Of a DNA stretch of 64,000 nt, positions 42,429 to 52,436 are shown piece by piece. Each line of letters opens with the position of its first letter. Within the stretch, counting starts at the first letter, position 1. The stretch spans positions 32,001 through 96,000 of the forward strand of contig CAWDSK010000005.1 of assembly GCA_963804995.1 (NCBI GenBank). Reading direction: 5' to 3'. The notes under the pieces were generated by a model. That model made no database searches and was not told where the DNA came from. It saw only the letters and a list, made by a program, of their open reading frames with translations. The DNA is from an uncultured Acidobacteriota bacterium (GTDB lineage: Bacteria > Acidobacteriota > Terriglobia > UBA7540). The translations under genes were made by a program, and so were the position numbers.

Positions 42429-42538
42429 GAGCCTGTCGGAGATAGATTTCGTTGTACGTAGAATCAACAACTTAGCGAGATTCAAGTGTCTGTAAGTTAT
42501 TGATTCTTCGTTGACAAACTGTTATCTCCGACACGCTC
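42429..42538. mobile_element. 110-bp MITE-like element flanked by CTAG
   Basis: TIRs GAGCCTGTCGGAGATA / TATCTCCGACACGCTC; internal inverted pair GAATCAACAACTTA / TAAGTTATTGATTC. Confidence 0.75.
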
Positions 42539-42594
42539 CTAGGAAGGGAAGAAGTTCTGCCGGCGCACATCACATTACCAACGTTCCGCGCGCA

Positions 42595-43584
42595 TTAATG
42601 TTGCGTGAAGTGGTCGTATCCGTGGGGTTCGAGGGTGAGCCTCTTGCCGCTTGCAGCGATCAGGTCAAGCCGGCGGGAGGCGCGGATCTCTCCGATGCAG
42701 TGCAAGGGGAGTCTCCCGAAGTGATTGGGAATCTGTGCCGCTTTCGCGGGTGGGACGGTGAAAAGCAATTGATAGTCTTCGCCTCCATCGAGCGCCAACT
42801 GCAACGCCTCGGCCTTGTCGGTGAGCGGGGAAGTTGGAATCCGCTCCGCGAACAAGCGCGCTCCCACGCCGCTCGAAGCGCAGAGCCGCGCGAGGTCCAG
42901 AGAAAGCCCGTCGCTCAAGTCCATCAGCGCCGAGGCCCAACCTTTCTCAGAGAGCAATCGGCCCAGCGCACATTGGGGCATAGGGAAGAGGTGCGCCCGG
43001 ATGGCAGCCTTCTGCGCGGGCTTGGTGCTTCGCCTCCGCGATGGCAACAACCGTAGCCCCAGGGCGGAAAGACCCAAGCGCCCGCTGACAAAGATCTGGT
43101 CGCCGGGCCGGGCGCCGGAGCGGCGTAGAGCTTTGCCCCGCGGGACCTCGCCAGCTACCATCACGTCAATCATGGCAGGGCCGCGGGTGACCGCGGTGTC
43201 CCCCCCAATCACCGCCACGCCAAAGCGCCGGGCAAGAGACTGTAATCCTTTAAAGAACCCTTCCATCCAGACGCGCGTGGTGCGCTCCGGCATGGCCAGC
43301 GAAATCAGGGCGTAGCGTGGCGTTCCACCCATGGCGGCAATGTCGCTCAAGGAACGGGCGAGGGCGCGGTGCCCTACTGCCGGCGCGGGATGAAGGGCGG
43401 CCGTGAAGTGCACACCCTCGATGGACATGTCCGTGGTGAGGATCAGTTCTTGTCCAGAAGGGACTTCCACCAGCGCGGCGTCATCGCCAATGCCTAGGTT
43501 CAGGCCCGGTGCCTTCTGGGCAGTCTGGCGCCTGACCCAGGCAATGAATTCGGCCTCGCTTCGGAAATTGGCTTTGTTGCGCAT
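42595..43584 (-). CDS. thiL: Thiamine-monophosphate kinase
   Basis: GIGDDAA, EGVHF, SLSDIAAMGG, GGDT, MDLSDGL, GGEDYQLLF. Confidence 0.95.
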   Translation of the reverse strand: MRNKANFRSEAEFIAWVRRQTAQKAPGLNLGIGDDAALVEVPSGQELILTTDMSIEGVHFTAALHPAPAVGHRALARSLSDIAAMGGTPRYALISLAMPERTTRVWMEGFFKGLQSLARRFGVAVIGGDTAVTRGPAMIDVMVAGEVPRGKALRRSGARPGDQIFVSGRLGLSALGLRLLPSRRRSTKPAQKAAIRAHLFPMPQCALGRLLSEKGWASALMDLSDGLSLDLARLCASSGVGARLFAERIPTSPLTDKAEALQLALDGGEDYQLLFTVPPAKAAQIPNHFGRLPLHCIGEIRASRRLDLIAASGKRLTLEPHGYDHFTQH

Positions 43585-43777
43585 GGCAATTCTGAGTTTC
43601 GGGTTCGCCACTTCATCTTAGCCTAAACTTCTATTCATGGCAGGGCAAATGGCAAGCTGGCAAGATTCGCGGGGAACAAGGTGGAGAACGGAAAATGGTG
43701 ACTAAACCGGCATTAAGCGTGCTTATTAGCTGCAAGGTAGTGGCGCGGGCTCTAATCTTGAGAGCGGCGAGAGCGCC

Positions 43778-43809
43778 GCCATTCTTAGTCTATTCAGACT
43801 AAGAATGGC
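43778..43809. other. Perfect 14-bp hairpin in a divergent intergenic region
   Basis: GCCATTCTTAGTCT-attc-AGACTAAGAATGGC. Confidence 0.6.
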
Positions 43810-43860
43810 CTTATTCTGAGGAGGCCCAGGTCAAAATTTCTGAGGCATGGCATATTCGCC

Positions 43861-43889
43861 TTGACAAGCGCTGTGATATTCAATACCAT
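43861..43889 (+). promoter_or_regulatory. Sigma70-type promoter
   Basis: TTGACA-N17-TACCAT upstream of the M23 gene. Confidence 0.65.
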
Positions 43890-43994
43890 CCAACTCGCAA
43901 ATCGGAGTCGGGCCACAGCAAGTCTGTTTTAGTCCCCTGAAGTGCCTGGAGGGGGTATCTCGATTAGAAATAATAATCTTCGGGTGATCTAATA

Positions 43995-44880
43995 ATGGAT
44001 AAGAAGTTTTATACCTTTCTCATCTTTCCGGGCGCCCACGGGAATCTTCACAAAATCCGCCTTCCTTTTTATGTCGTCCACTTAGTGCTGGCATTCAGTG
44101 CAGTCGGGATCATGACCATCGCCGTCATGGCCAATAGTTATGCGCGAATGCTGTTGAAGGTGTCGAACTATAACAGCCTAAGAACCGAACGTGAAGCCTT
44201 GAAGACGCAAAACCGCACGCTGGAAAATGCTGTAACCACGTCCAATGCCAAGTTGGGTTCTTTGCAATCCCTGGCGACCGAGGTGGCGTTGACCTACGGC
44301 TTCGGCCAAGCCCGTCGTCCTGGTTTTCCGGGGGCGGCCCTGGCTTTGGCCACCCAAACCAACTCGAGTGTGGAGTTCGAGCTATCGTGCCTCACTTTAC
44401 GCCTTCAATTTGATTCGCCGTTCTTCCCTGGCCGCCTCGGGGGGTGCGGCGGCACTGGGCATCTTCCCTAGCTCCGACGGGGGACACGAAACTGTGCCTT
44501 CCCTTTGGCCGGTGCGGGGACAGATCACGGCGGGTTTTGGCCAGCGACTGGATCCCTTCAGCGGTGAAGGTGTTTTCCATTCCGGGTTGGATATTTCAGC
44601 TCCCTACGGCACTCGAGTGGAAGCGTCGGCGGACGGAATTGTGCTGCAAACCGGACCCGAGTCCGGTTACGGCAACGAGATCGCGGTCGATCACGGATAT
44701 GGTTTGATGACGAAGTACGGGCACCTCAGCAAAATTCTTGTGGTAGTGGGCCAGGAGGTCAAGCGCGGACAGATCATCGGCGCCGTGGGAATGACTGGTA
44801 GGACAACGGGCCCACATCTGCACTACGAAGTATACGTCAACGATACCCCTGTAAACCCGACGAAGTACTTGCACGAATAA
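43995..44880 (+). CDS. M23 family metallopeptidase with one apparent 1-nt insertion near 44376
   Basis: TM + coiled coil in ORF 43995; PSLWPVRG, HSGLD, YGHLS, TGPHLHYEV in the next frame. Confidence 0.9.
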
Positions 44881-45114
44881 CTCGAGCCCCGAGCATTACT
44901 CTCAAGCAAGAACCGCGTTCGCAAAGCGGTCTGGGACGTACCGTTATCCTTCTTGATGATTTGCCTGTGTGGCGGACATAGTAACGGGTTCAAGTCAAGG
45001 GGCAGCGAGGTTAGCGAACAGCGTGGGGATTCCCATCCTTGGAAAGCGGGCATTCTGGGAAAAGCGGGTCGGGGGGGGCGTCCAGGTGGGCAAGAAATAA
45101 TGTGGAAGATTCCC

Positions 45115-45142
45115 TTGCAATTATGGGGCCGGTCGGTATAAT
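45115..45142 (+). promoter_or_regulatory. Sigma70 promoter of the tRNA-tuf operon
   Basis: TTGCAA-N16-TATAAT, 15 nt before tRNA-Thr. Confidence 0.75.
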
Positions 45143-45157
45143 AGTAAGTTTGCGGTC

Positions 45158-45233
45158 GCTGGCGTAGCTCAGCTGGTAGAGCATCTGATTTGTAATCAGA
45201 GGGTCGGGGGTTCAAATCCCTTCGCCAGCTCCA
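45158..45233 (+). tRNA. tRNA-Thr(TGT)
   Basis: Cloverleaf, CTGAT-TTGTAA-TCAG anticodon arm, GGTTCAAATCC, encoded CCA. Confidence 0.97.
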
Positions 45234-45460
45234 GTTTGGGCAAGCGTCGGCATGATTGGATCTGGCGGCGGGTGCCAATCAAAAAAATTGGGGAGCGGGT
45301 TTACCAAAATCTGAAAGTACTCAGGAATGCGCGGGAAGAGGAGTGTCTCCGCGCCCAACCGCATTCTCGATCCACTTAGCTCAAATGGATTCTGTGTCTG
45401 GGGCTGAGCGGAAGCCAGCGCCAGCGCTCGCCAGGGTTCCTGGGACGGAAGAAGCAAATT

Positions 45461-45549
45461 GGACAGGTGGCTGAGCGGTCAAAAGCAGCAGACTGTAAAT
45501 CTGCCGACCCCTGTGGTCTACGGAGGTTCGAACCCTCCCCTGTCCACCA
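45461..45549 (+). tRNA. tRNA-Tyr(GTA)
   Basis: GCAGA-CTGTAAA-TCTGC, long variable arm, CCA. Confidence 0.97.
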
Positions 45550-45654
45550 GTTTGGGACTCGAAACTCGAAACTGGAAATTCGAAACTCGGGGGACGTTGA
45601 AAGTGTGGTGCGCTACGCGAGTTTCGGTTTTCGAATTTCGAGTTTCGAAAAAGG

Positions 45655-45729
45655 GCGGGAGTAACTCAATGGTAGAGTCACAGCCTTCCAAGCTGTTGGT
45701 CGCGGGTTCGATTCCCGTCTCCCGCTCCA
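45655..45729 (+). tRNA. tRNA-Gly(TCC)
   Basis: CAGC-CTTCCAA-GCTG, GGTTCGATTCC, CCA. Confidence 0.97.
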
Positions 45730-45831
45730 GTTCGAAATTCGAAAATGGAAACTCGAAACTCGAGGGCAGGACGGTTCAGTACGAATTTCGGTTTTCGAAT
45801 TTCGGTTTTCGCGCGCCGCAGGGCGCGGCGG

Positions 45832-45907
45832 GCCGATGTAGCTCAGTTGGTAGAGCACGTCCTTGGTAAGGACGGGGTCAGCGGTTCAATTCCGCTCATC
45901 GGCTCCA
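45832..45907 (+). tRNA. tRNA-Thr(GGT)
   Basis: GTCCT-TGGTAAG-GAC anticodon arm, GGTTCAATTCC, CCA. Confidence 0.97.
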
Positions 45908-45934
45908 GAATTTGAAGTACTGGAATCAGGCTGA

Positions 45935-46348
45935 ATGTTGAGTTTGGAAGGAAGACGGCGAGCGAAGGACCATCTAAGCCTGGCTCGCGGTTTCATGGAC
46001 ACGGCGAAAGTAGGGCGTGCATCTTCTGAGTGCGATATTCGCAACGCCTTTTCCCGCGCCTACTATGCCCTGTTTCACGCGTGTTATGCATTGCTGCTGG
46101 GCCAGGGTAACGAGCCGGACTTGGTGCAACAGATTGCCAGGGATCATGGCCGCTTGCAGTCGAAGGTACGGCATCCCATGGGAAGGCCGTTTGAACACTA
46201 TGTAAGGGAAGCCTACGACCGGCGGCGGCAGTCTGACTACGAACCTGATTGGCCTGTGCCGTCGGCCACGGTTGCGCAAGAGGAGCTGAAGCGGGCAAGA
46301 GAGCAGTTCTATTGGGTTTTTCACACGACTCTGCGAAGTTTGGTGTAG
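45935..46348 (+). CDS. HEPN domain protein (UPF0332-like)
   Basis: RNAFSRAYYALFHACYALL and RRRQSDY motifs. Confidence 0.85.
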   Translation: MLSLEGRRRAKDHLSLARGFMDTAKVGRASSECDIRNAFSRAYYALFHACYALLLGQGNEPDLVQQIARDHGRLQSKVRHPMGRPFEHYVREAYDRRRQSDYEPDWPVPSATVAQEELKRAREQFYWVFHTTLRSLV

Positions 46349-46369
46349 TCACTGCGCTTGGAATTTGCC

Positions 46370-47242
46370 ATGACCGTCATTGATCTGGAACAATCCGTTC
46401 GTGGCGCGCTGCAAGAGGCGGGGCTCCTGCAGCTTCTGGATGAGGGTCAGACACAGTTCCTGGAGTTTCCGGACGGTTGGTTTGCCGAGATTGTTGTCAA
46501 AGACGGTTCCCGGCTGGCGGAGGTGGAGAAGGTTGTTGAAAGATACAAGGAGCGTCTGCGGCGCAATGATGATGGCGAACTTGATGAAATTGTCCGGCCC
46601 ATCTGGAGGATTGCAAAGATTGAACGCGTGGGGCCAAGTGTCAGCCTTCCGGCACTGGAATCGGCCATCCGTTTTAGGGTTGTGCTCCAGTCTGGGGACC
46701 TAAGCTGCGATGTTAAGGTCGACTTTACCGAGGGCGCGCTCAAGTTGATGCGCAAGAAACTGCGCGAGACGAAAGCGCCCGAAGATATGGCCTTAACAGA
46801 GATTGTCCATGAGTTCATGAGCCTGCAGTTAGCCCAGGGCGGGAAGAGTTTCTGGGATCCGCGCCGCGATTCGCGCCTCGAACTTGATGCGGGTGCTTTC
46901 ATGGCCCTGATGGGTCGCTGGGATTCGGTCGAGCACCTTAAGGCGTCCATCGACGCTGTTTTCAAGGCTCCTGAACCTATGACGACCATTCGTAACTTCC
47001 TGACGTTGGTATCGATGGGAGGTAGAAAGGCCCGCGATTTTGAAAGCGTGCTGGTTGATTTGCCGGGTCCGGGCGGCGCATTTCGTCCCGGCGACAAGCT
47101 GCCCACCAGCAACCACGAGTTGTACTCAACCCTCCTCGATTCCGAACGTGAGGTCTTGAGAAGGTATTATTGGGACCATCTTGAAAGAGCCAAAACTGAA
47201 TTTCCAGAGTTGAAGGAGCAATTTCCCAACGTGTTGAACTAG
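46370..47242 (+). CDS. Hypothetical protein (~290 aa)
   Basis: Long ORF with globular composition exactly filling the gap between the HEPN gene and tuf. Confidence 0.8.
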   Translation: MTVIDLEQSVRGALQEAGLLQLLDEGQTQFLEFPDGWFAEIVVKDGSRLAEVEKVVERYKERLRRNDDGELDEIVRPIWRIAKIERVGPSVSLPALESAIRFRVVLQSGDLSCDVKVDFTEGALKLMRKKLRETKAPEDMALTEIVHEFMSLQLAQGGKSFWDPRRDSRLELDAGAFMALMGRWDSVEHLKASIDAVFKAPEPMTTIRNFLTLVSMGGRKARDFESVLVDLPGPGGAFRPGDKLPTSNHELYSTLLDSEREVLRRYYWDHLERAKTEFPELKEQFPNVLN

Positions 47243-47258
47243 CTGAGGAACGGAGACT

Positions 47259-48449
<1,191 letters not shown>

Positions 48450-48531
48450 CAGCGTTCGGCTCTCAGCTTTCAGCCAGGACATGGGCTGAGGGCGATGAGC
48501 TGAAAGCTGAGAGCTGAGAGCTAGGAACGCG

Positions 48532-48681
48532 ATGCGCGAAATCATTACGCTACAGTGCGGCGATTGCAAGAACCGCAACTACTCGTCGACGAAGAACAAG
48601 AAGAAGAATCAGGACCGCCTGGAGATCAAGAAGTTCTGCCCCTCGTGCCGGCACCATACGGTCCATAAAGAAGTAAAGTAG
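48532..48681 (+). CDS. rpmG: 50S ribosomal protein L33 (zinc-binding form; absent from the ORF track)
   Basis: [24 protein letters not shown]...[17 protein letters not shown]. Confidence 0.97.
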   Translation: MREIITLQCGDCKNRNYSSTKNKKKNQDRLEIKKFCPSCRHHTVHKEVK

Positions 48682-48779
48682 GCAGTCGGCAGAAGGCAGT
48701 AGGCAGCAAAAGGACAACGACGGCAGGAGTTCAAGGATCGCTGCTTACTGCCTTCTGCTTACTGCCGACTGGTTTTCAC

Positions 48780-48855
48780 AGGGGCGTCAGATTAACGGCT
48801 AATCTGCCGGTCTCCAAAACCGGTCATGGGGGTTCAAATCCCTCCGCCCCTGCCA
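48780..48855 (+). tRNA. tRNA-Trp(CCA)
   Basis: CCGGT-CTCCAAA-ACCGG, GGTTCAAATCC, CCA; typical position before secE. Confidence 0.93.
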
Positions 48856-48976
48856 GAAGACAGAAGGCAGAAAGCAGAAGGCAGAGAGCAGAAGGCAAAA
48901 GGCAGGCCAGTGGCAGTGGTCCTGAGGCGCGGTGATGGCAGGTAAGGAGAGGTAAAGGGAAAGAAGAAGGTACCGC

Positions 48977-49210
48977 ATGGGTGAAGAAGTCAGTATCCAG
49001 AAGAACTGGTTCCAGGTAGCGCGGCAATACTTTTCCGATGTGCGCGTGGAGATGAAGCGCGTGACATGGCCTGGGAAGCAGGAAATTTACGGGACCACGG
49101 TCATGGTGATTCTGACCACATTTCTTTTCGGGATTTATTTCTACATTTGTGATCTGGTATTTTCGCGGGCCGTAAAAGGGGTGCTGGATTATTTCCTGCA
49201 TCGTAGCTAG
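48977..49210 (+). CDS. secE: Preprotein translocase SecE
   Basis: EMKRVTWP motif plus one TM segment. Confidence 0.96.
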   Translation: MGEEVSIQKNWFQVARQYFSDVRVEMKRVTWPGKQEIYGTTVMVILTTFLFGIYFYICDLVFSRAVKGVLDYFLHRS

Positions 49211-49239
49211 GGCAAAATTTCGACAAGCTGGGTGAGAGA

Positions 49240-49809
49240 TTGACGGAACAAGAAATCAACACCGAAAAGACGACGATAGCGGCGAAGAACTGGTACATCC
49301 TCCACACCTATTCGGGGTTTGAGAAGAAGGTTGCGGAGACCCTCAAGAGCCGCATTGAGGCGGAAGGCCTGTCCGGGCAGTTCGGGGAAATCATGGTCCC
49401 GACCGAAGACGTCATCGAGATGCGGCAAGGGAAGAAAGTGGTCACTCCCAAGCTCTTCTACCCCGGCTACGTACTGGTCGAGATGGAAATGAACGACAAC
49501 ACCTGGCACATGGTGCGCTCCACTCCCCGCGTCACGGGATTCGTAGGATCCGGCCAACGGCCCAGCCCGCTGACGGTTGAGGAAGTGGACCGGATTGTGC
49601 ACCGCGTAGAAGTGGCGGCTGAACACCCCAAGCCCAAGCTCAAGTTTGACCGGGGCGAGAACGTCAAGATTACCGACGGCCCCTTCAAGGACTTCAATGG
49701 GGTGGTGGACGAGATCAACGAAGACCGGTCCACTTTGCGCGTGATGGTGACCATCTTCGGGCGCGCCACGCCGGTGGAGTTGGATTTCTACCAAGTCGAA
49801 AAGATCTAG
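49240..49809 (+). CDS. nusG: Transcription factor NusG
   Basis: [25 protein letters not shown] domain. Confidence 0.98.
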   Translation: MTEQEINTEKTTIAAKNWYILHTYSGFEKKVAETLKSRIEAEGLSGQFGEIMVPTEDVIEMRQGKKVVTPKLFYPGYVLVEMEMNDNTWHMVRSTPRVTGFVGSGQRPSPLTVEEVDRIVHRVEVAAEHPKPKLKFDRGENVKITDGPFKDFNGVVDEINEDRSTLRVMVTIFGRATPVELDFYQVEKI

Positions 49810-49858
49810 GGAACAGGGAACAGGGAACAGGGAACAGGGAACAGGGAACAGGGAACAG
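49809..49858 (+). repeat. Perfect heptamer tandem repeat (GGGAACA)x7
   Basis: Directly visible between nusG and rplK. Confidence 0.95.
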
Positions 49859-49903
49859 AAAAGACCGGCTCTTAGAGCCCAGCAGCCCAACGGAGTTAAG
49901 TAC

Positions 49904-50335
49904 ATGGCAAAGCGCGTCACAGCGATGGTGAAACTGCAGATTCCCGCGGGGAAAGCGACCCCCGCTCCGCCCGTGGGGCCGGCACTCGGCCAACACGGCG
50001 TGAACATCATGGACTTCTGCAAGTCCTTCAATGGCAAGACCTCCGCGAAGGACCAGGAAGGCTTGATCATCCCCGTGGTGATCACGGTTTTTCACGACCG
50101 AACTTTTACCTTTGTGACCAAGACGCCTCCGGCCTCGGTGCTCCTGAAGCGGGCCGCGGGGATTGCCAAGGGTTCCGGTGAGCCCAATCGCAACAAGGTC
50201 GGGAAAGTTACGGAAAAGCAAGTGGAGGAAATCGCCAAGCTGAAGTTGCCGGACCTGAATGCCCGTGACCTGGCGGCGGCGGTTTTGACCGTCAAGGGGA
50301 CGGCGCGGAGTATGGGAATCGAAGTAGTCACCTAG
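49904..50335 (+). CDS. rplK: 50S ribosomal protein L11
   Basis: [16 protein letters not shown]. Confidence 0.99.
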   Translation: MAKRVTAMVKLQIPAGKATPAPPVGPALGQHGVNIMDFCKSFNGKTSAKDQEGLIIPVVITVFHDRTFTFVTKTPPASVLLKRAAGIAKGSGEPNRNKVGKVTEKQVEEIAKLKLPDLNARDLAAAVLTVKGTARSMGIEVVT

Positions 50336-50403
50336 GCGGCACGCGCAGCTCGAAACTCGAAAATCGCAAGGCGGGAAGCCGGGTTTCGAAGGGGAGTTGT
50401 TCA

Positions 50404-51105
50404 ATGGCTAAGGTAGGGAAAAAATTCGAGGCCTCGAAGAAGCTGGTTGACAAGCCCACTTACACCGTGGCGGATGCCATGCCAGTTGTCAAGAAGGCAG
50501 CCTTCGCAAAGTTTGACGAGACCGTCGAGGTCGCCATGCGCTTGGGGGTTGACCCCAAGCACGCGGACCAGATGGTGCGCGGTACGGTGGTTCTGCCGCA
50601 CGGTCTGGGAGGGAAGTCCAAGCGCGTGGTCGTGATCGCCTCAGGCGACAAGGTCCGGGAGGGCAGGGAAGCGGGCGCCGACGAAGTGGGCGGCGACGAC
50701 ATCGTGCAGAGAATCCAGGGTGGCTGGCTGGATTTTGATGCCGTCGTGGCCACGCCCGACATGATGAAATCCGTGGGGCGGCTGGGCAAAGTGTTGGGCC
50801 CCCGGGGGCTGATGCCCAACCCCAAGACGGGGACCGTCACCGTGGATGTGGCGCGCGCCGTCAGAGAAGTGAAGGCCGGCAAGGTGGAGTTCCGCGTAGA
50901 CAAAACTGGCATCATCCACTGCCCGGTGGGGAAGGTTTCTTTCGAAGCCGAAAAGCTGGTGGAAAACGCCGGCGCGCTGATTTCCAGCGTTATTAAAGCC
51001 AAGCCGGCCTCGGCCAAGGGGAAGTACGTTCGCAGCATTGTGATCTCGTCCACCATGGGGCCGGGGGTTCGCATTGATGTGGCCTCGGTGGTGGAGGCGG
51101 CGTAA
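50404..51105 (+). CDS. rplA: 50S ribosomal protein L1
   Basis: [22 protein letters not shown]. Confidence 0.99.
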   Translation: MAKVGKKFEASKKLVDKPTYTVADAMPVVKKAAFAKFDETVEVAMRLGVDPKHADQMVRGTVVLPHGLGGKSKRVVVIASGDKVREGREAGADEVGGDDIVQRIQGGWLDFDAVVATPDMMKSVGRLGKVLGPRGLMPNPKTGTVTVDVARAVREVKAGKVEFRVDKTGIIHCPVGKVSFEAEKLVENAGALISSVIKAKPASAKGKYVRSIVISSTMGPGVRIDVASVVEAA

Positions 51106-51204
51106 ATAAGGAAGAAGCAAGAAGTTAGGAGTCAGAAGTTAGAAGTCAGGAGAAAGGCAAATGCATTCTAGCTTCTAACTTCTAGCTTCTCCCAAGGAGT
51201 TTGC

Positions 51205-51741
51205 ATGGACCGGGAAGAAAAGAAGAAGCAGGCAGAGTTGCTGCACGAAGATCTGAAAAAGGCGCGGGGCATTATCCTCTCGGGATTTCAGGGCATTACT
51301 GTGGCCCAGGATTTTGCGCTGCGGAAGAAGGTGGCGGGGACCGGGGCGAGATACAAGGTGGTGAAGAACAGTCTGATCGAACGCGCCTCCCAGGGGACAG
51401 CCGCGGAGTCGATTGCCGCGAAACTGGCGGGAACTACTGCCATCGCGCTTACCGATGCCGATCCCGTGGCGCTTGCCAAAGCCCTGACGGAATATGCCAA
51501 GGAGAATCCCCTCCTGATTTTCAAGTCCGGCGTGGTGGAGGGCAGAGTTGTTTCCCTGGCGGATTTGAACGCGCTGGCCACACTTCCTTCCAAGGAACAA
51601 CTGTACTCGAAGGTGCTGTTCTTGATTAATTCACCGGCGCAACGTGTGGCATCAACACTGTCGGGAGTGGCGCGCAACCTTGCGTACGTAATTCAACAGG
51701 GTGTGAAGGAAAAGAAGTTCCAGGAAGCAGCCGGCAACTAG
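51205..51741 (+). CDS. rplJ: 50S ribosomal protein L10
   Basis: YKVVKNSL, LATLPSKEQL; synteny. Confidence 0.97.
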   Translation: MDREEKKKQAELLHEDLKKARGIILSGFQGITVAQDFALRKKVAGTGARYKVVKNSLIERASQGTAAESIAAKLAGTTAIALTDADPVALAKALTEYAKENPLLIFKSGVVEGRVVSLADLNALATLPSKEQLYSKVLFLINSPAQRVASTLSGVARNLAYVIQQGVKEKKFQEAAGN

Positions 51742-51809
51742 CCGGTGGGGGCAAGAGATCATTCAGGTAACCATTCACTGAGCAGGTTTACTGAGGAGGA
51801 GAACCAAGC

Positions 51810-52199
51810 ATGTCGGAACGGGTTGAGAAAATTGTCGAAGATGTGAAGGGCTTGTCGCTACTCGAAGCCGCTGAACTAGTCAAGCGGCTGGAGGAAACCT
51901 TGGGTGTGTCTGCGGCAGCAGCAGCTCCCGTAGTTGTAGCCGGGGCCGCGGCTGGAGCTGCAGCGGGCGCCGCCCCTGCCGAGGAGCAGACGGAGTTTAC
52001 CGTTGTGCTTACCGGCATCGGCGCCAACAAGATCAATGTCATCAAGGCGGTCCGGGAAGTGACCAGCCTTGGACTGAAGGAAGCCAAGGACCTGGTAGAC
52101 GGCGCGCCCAAGCCTATTAAAGAAGGTGTCTCGAAAGACGAGGCGGAGAGCATCAAGAAAAAGTTCACCGAAGCTGGCGCTACCGTCGAAGTTAAATAA
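51810..52199 (+). CDS. rplL: 50S ribosomal protein L7/L12
   Basis: Ala-rich hinge, [10 protein letters not shown]...[11 protein letters not shown]. Confidence 0.99.
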   Translation: MSERVEKIVEDVKGLSLLEAAELVKRLEETLGVSAAAAAPVVVAGAAAGAAAGAAPAEEQTEFTVVLTGIGANKINVIKAVREVTSLGLKEAKDLVDGAPKPIKEGVSKDEAESIKKKFTEAGATVEVK

Positions 52200-52436
52200 C
52201 CGTCCTTCTGCCAGGCCCCGGAGAAGAAGCGGGTTAGACTCCACTTCATCGCTGGAGAACTTATGCCTGGCGGCTAGGCCCTCACTTGCAAGTGGCACGG
52301 GCAATCCCATGGGCTGCGGGGCCATCGGGGAGATCAGGTTGCATCCTCACAGGCTAAGTGCGCATCCATATAGATAAGGGATCAGTGTCACCATTGTCTG
52401 CAAAGGTTTTGAAACTTCAAGCAAGGAGCAAAAGGA

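Noticed and set aside
8551..44381. Programmed ribosomal frameshifting or true pseudogenes at the five broken genes
   Set aside because: No slippery sequences; the shared motif lies on either strand relative to the gene; the genes are otherwise intact. Sequencing error is favoured, pending read data.
45908..47258. tRNA-integrated prophage or genomic island
   Set aside because: No integrase and no duplicated tRNA 3' end visible.
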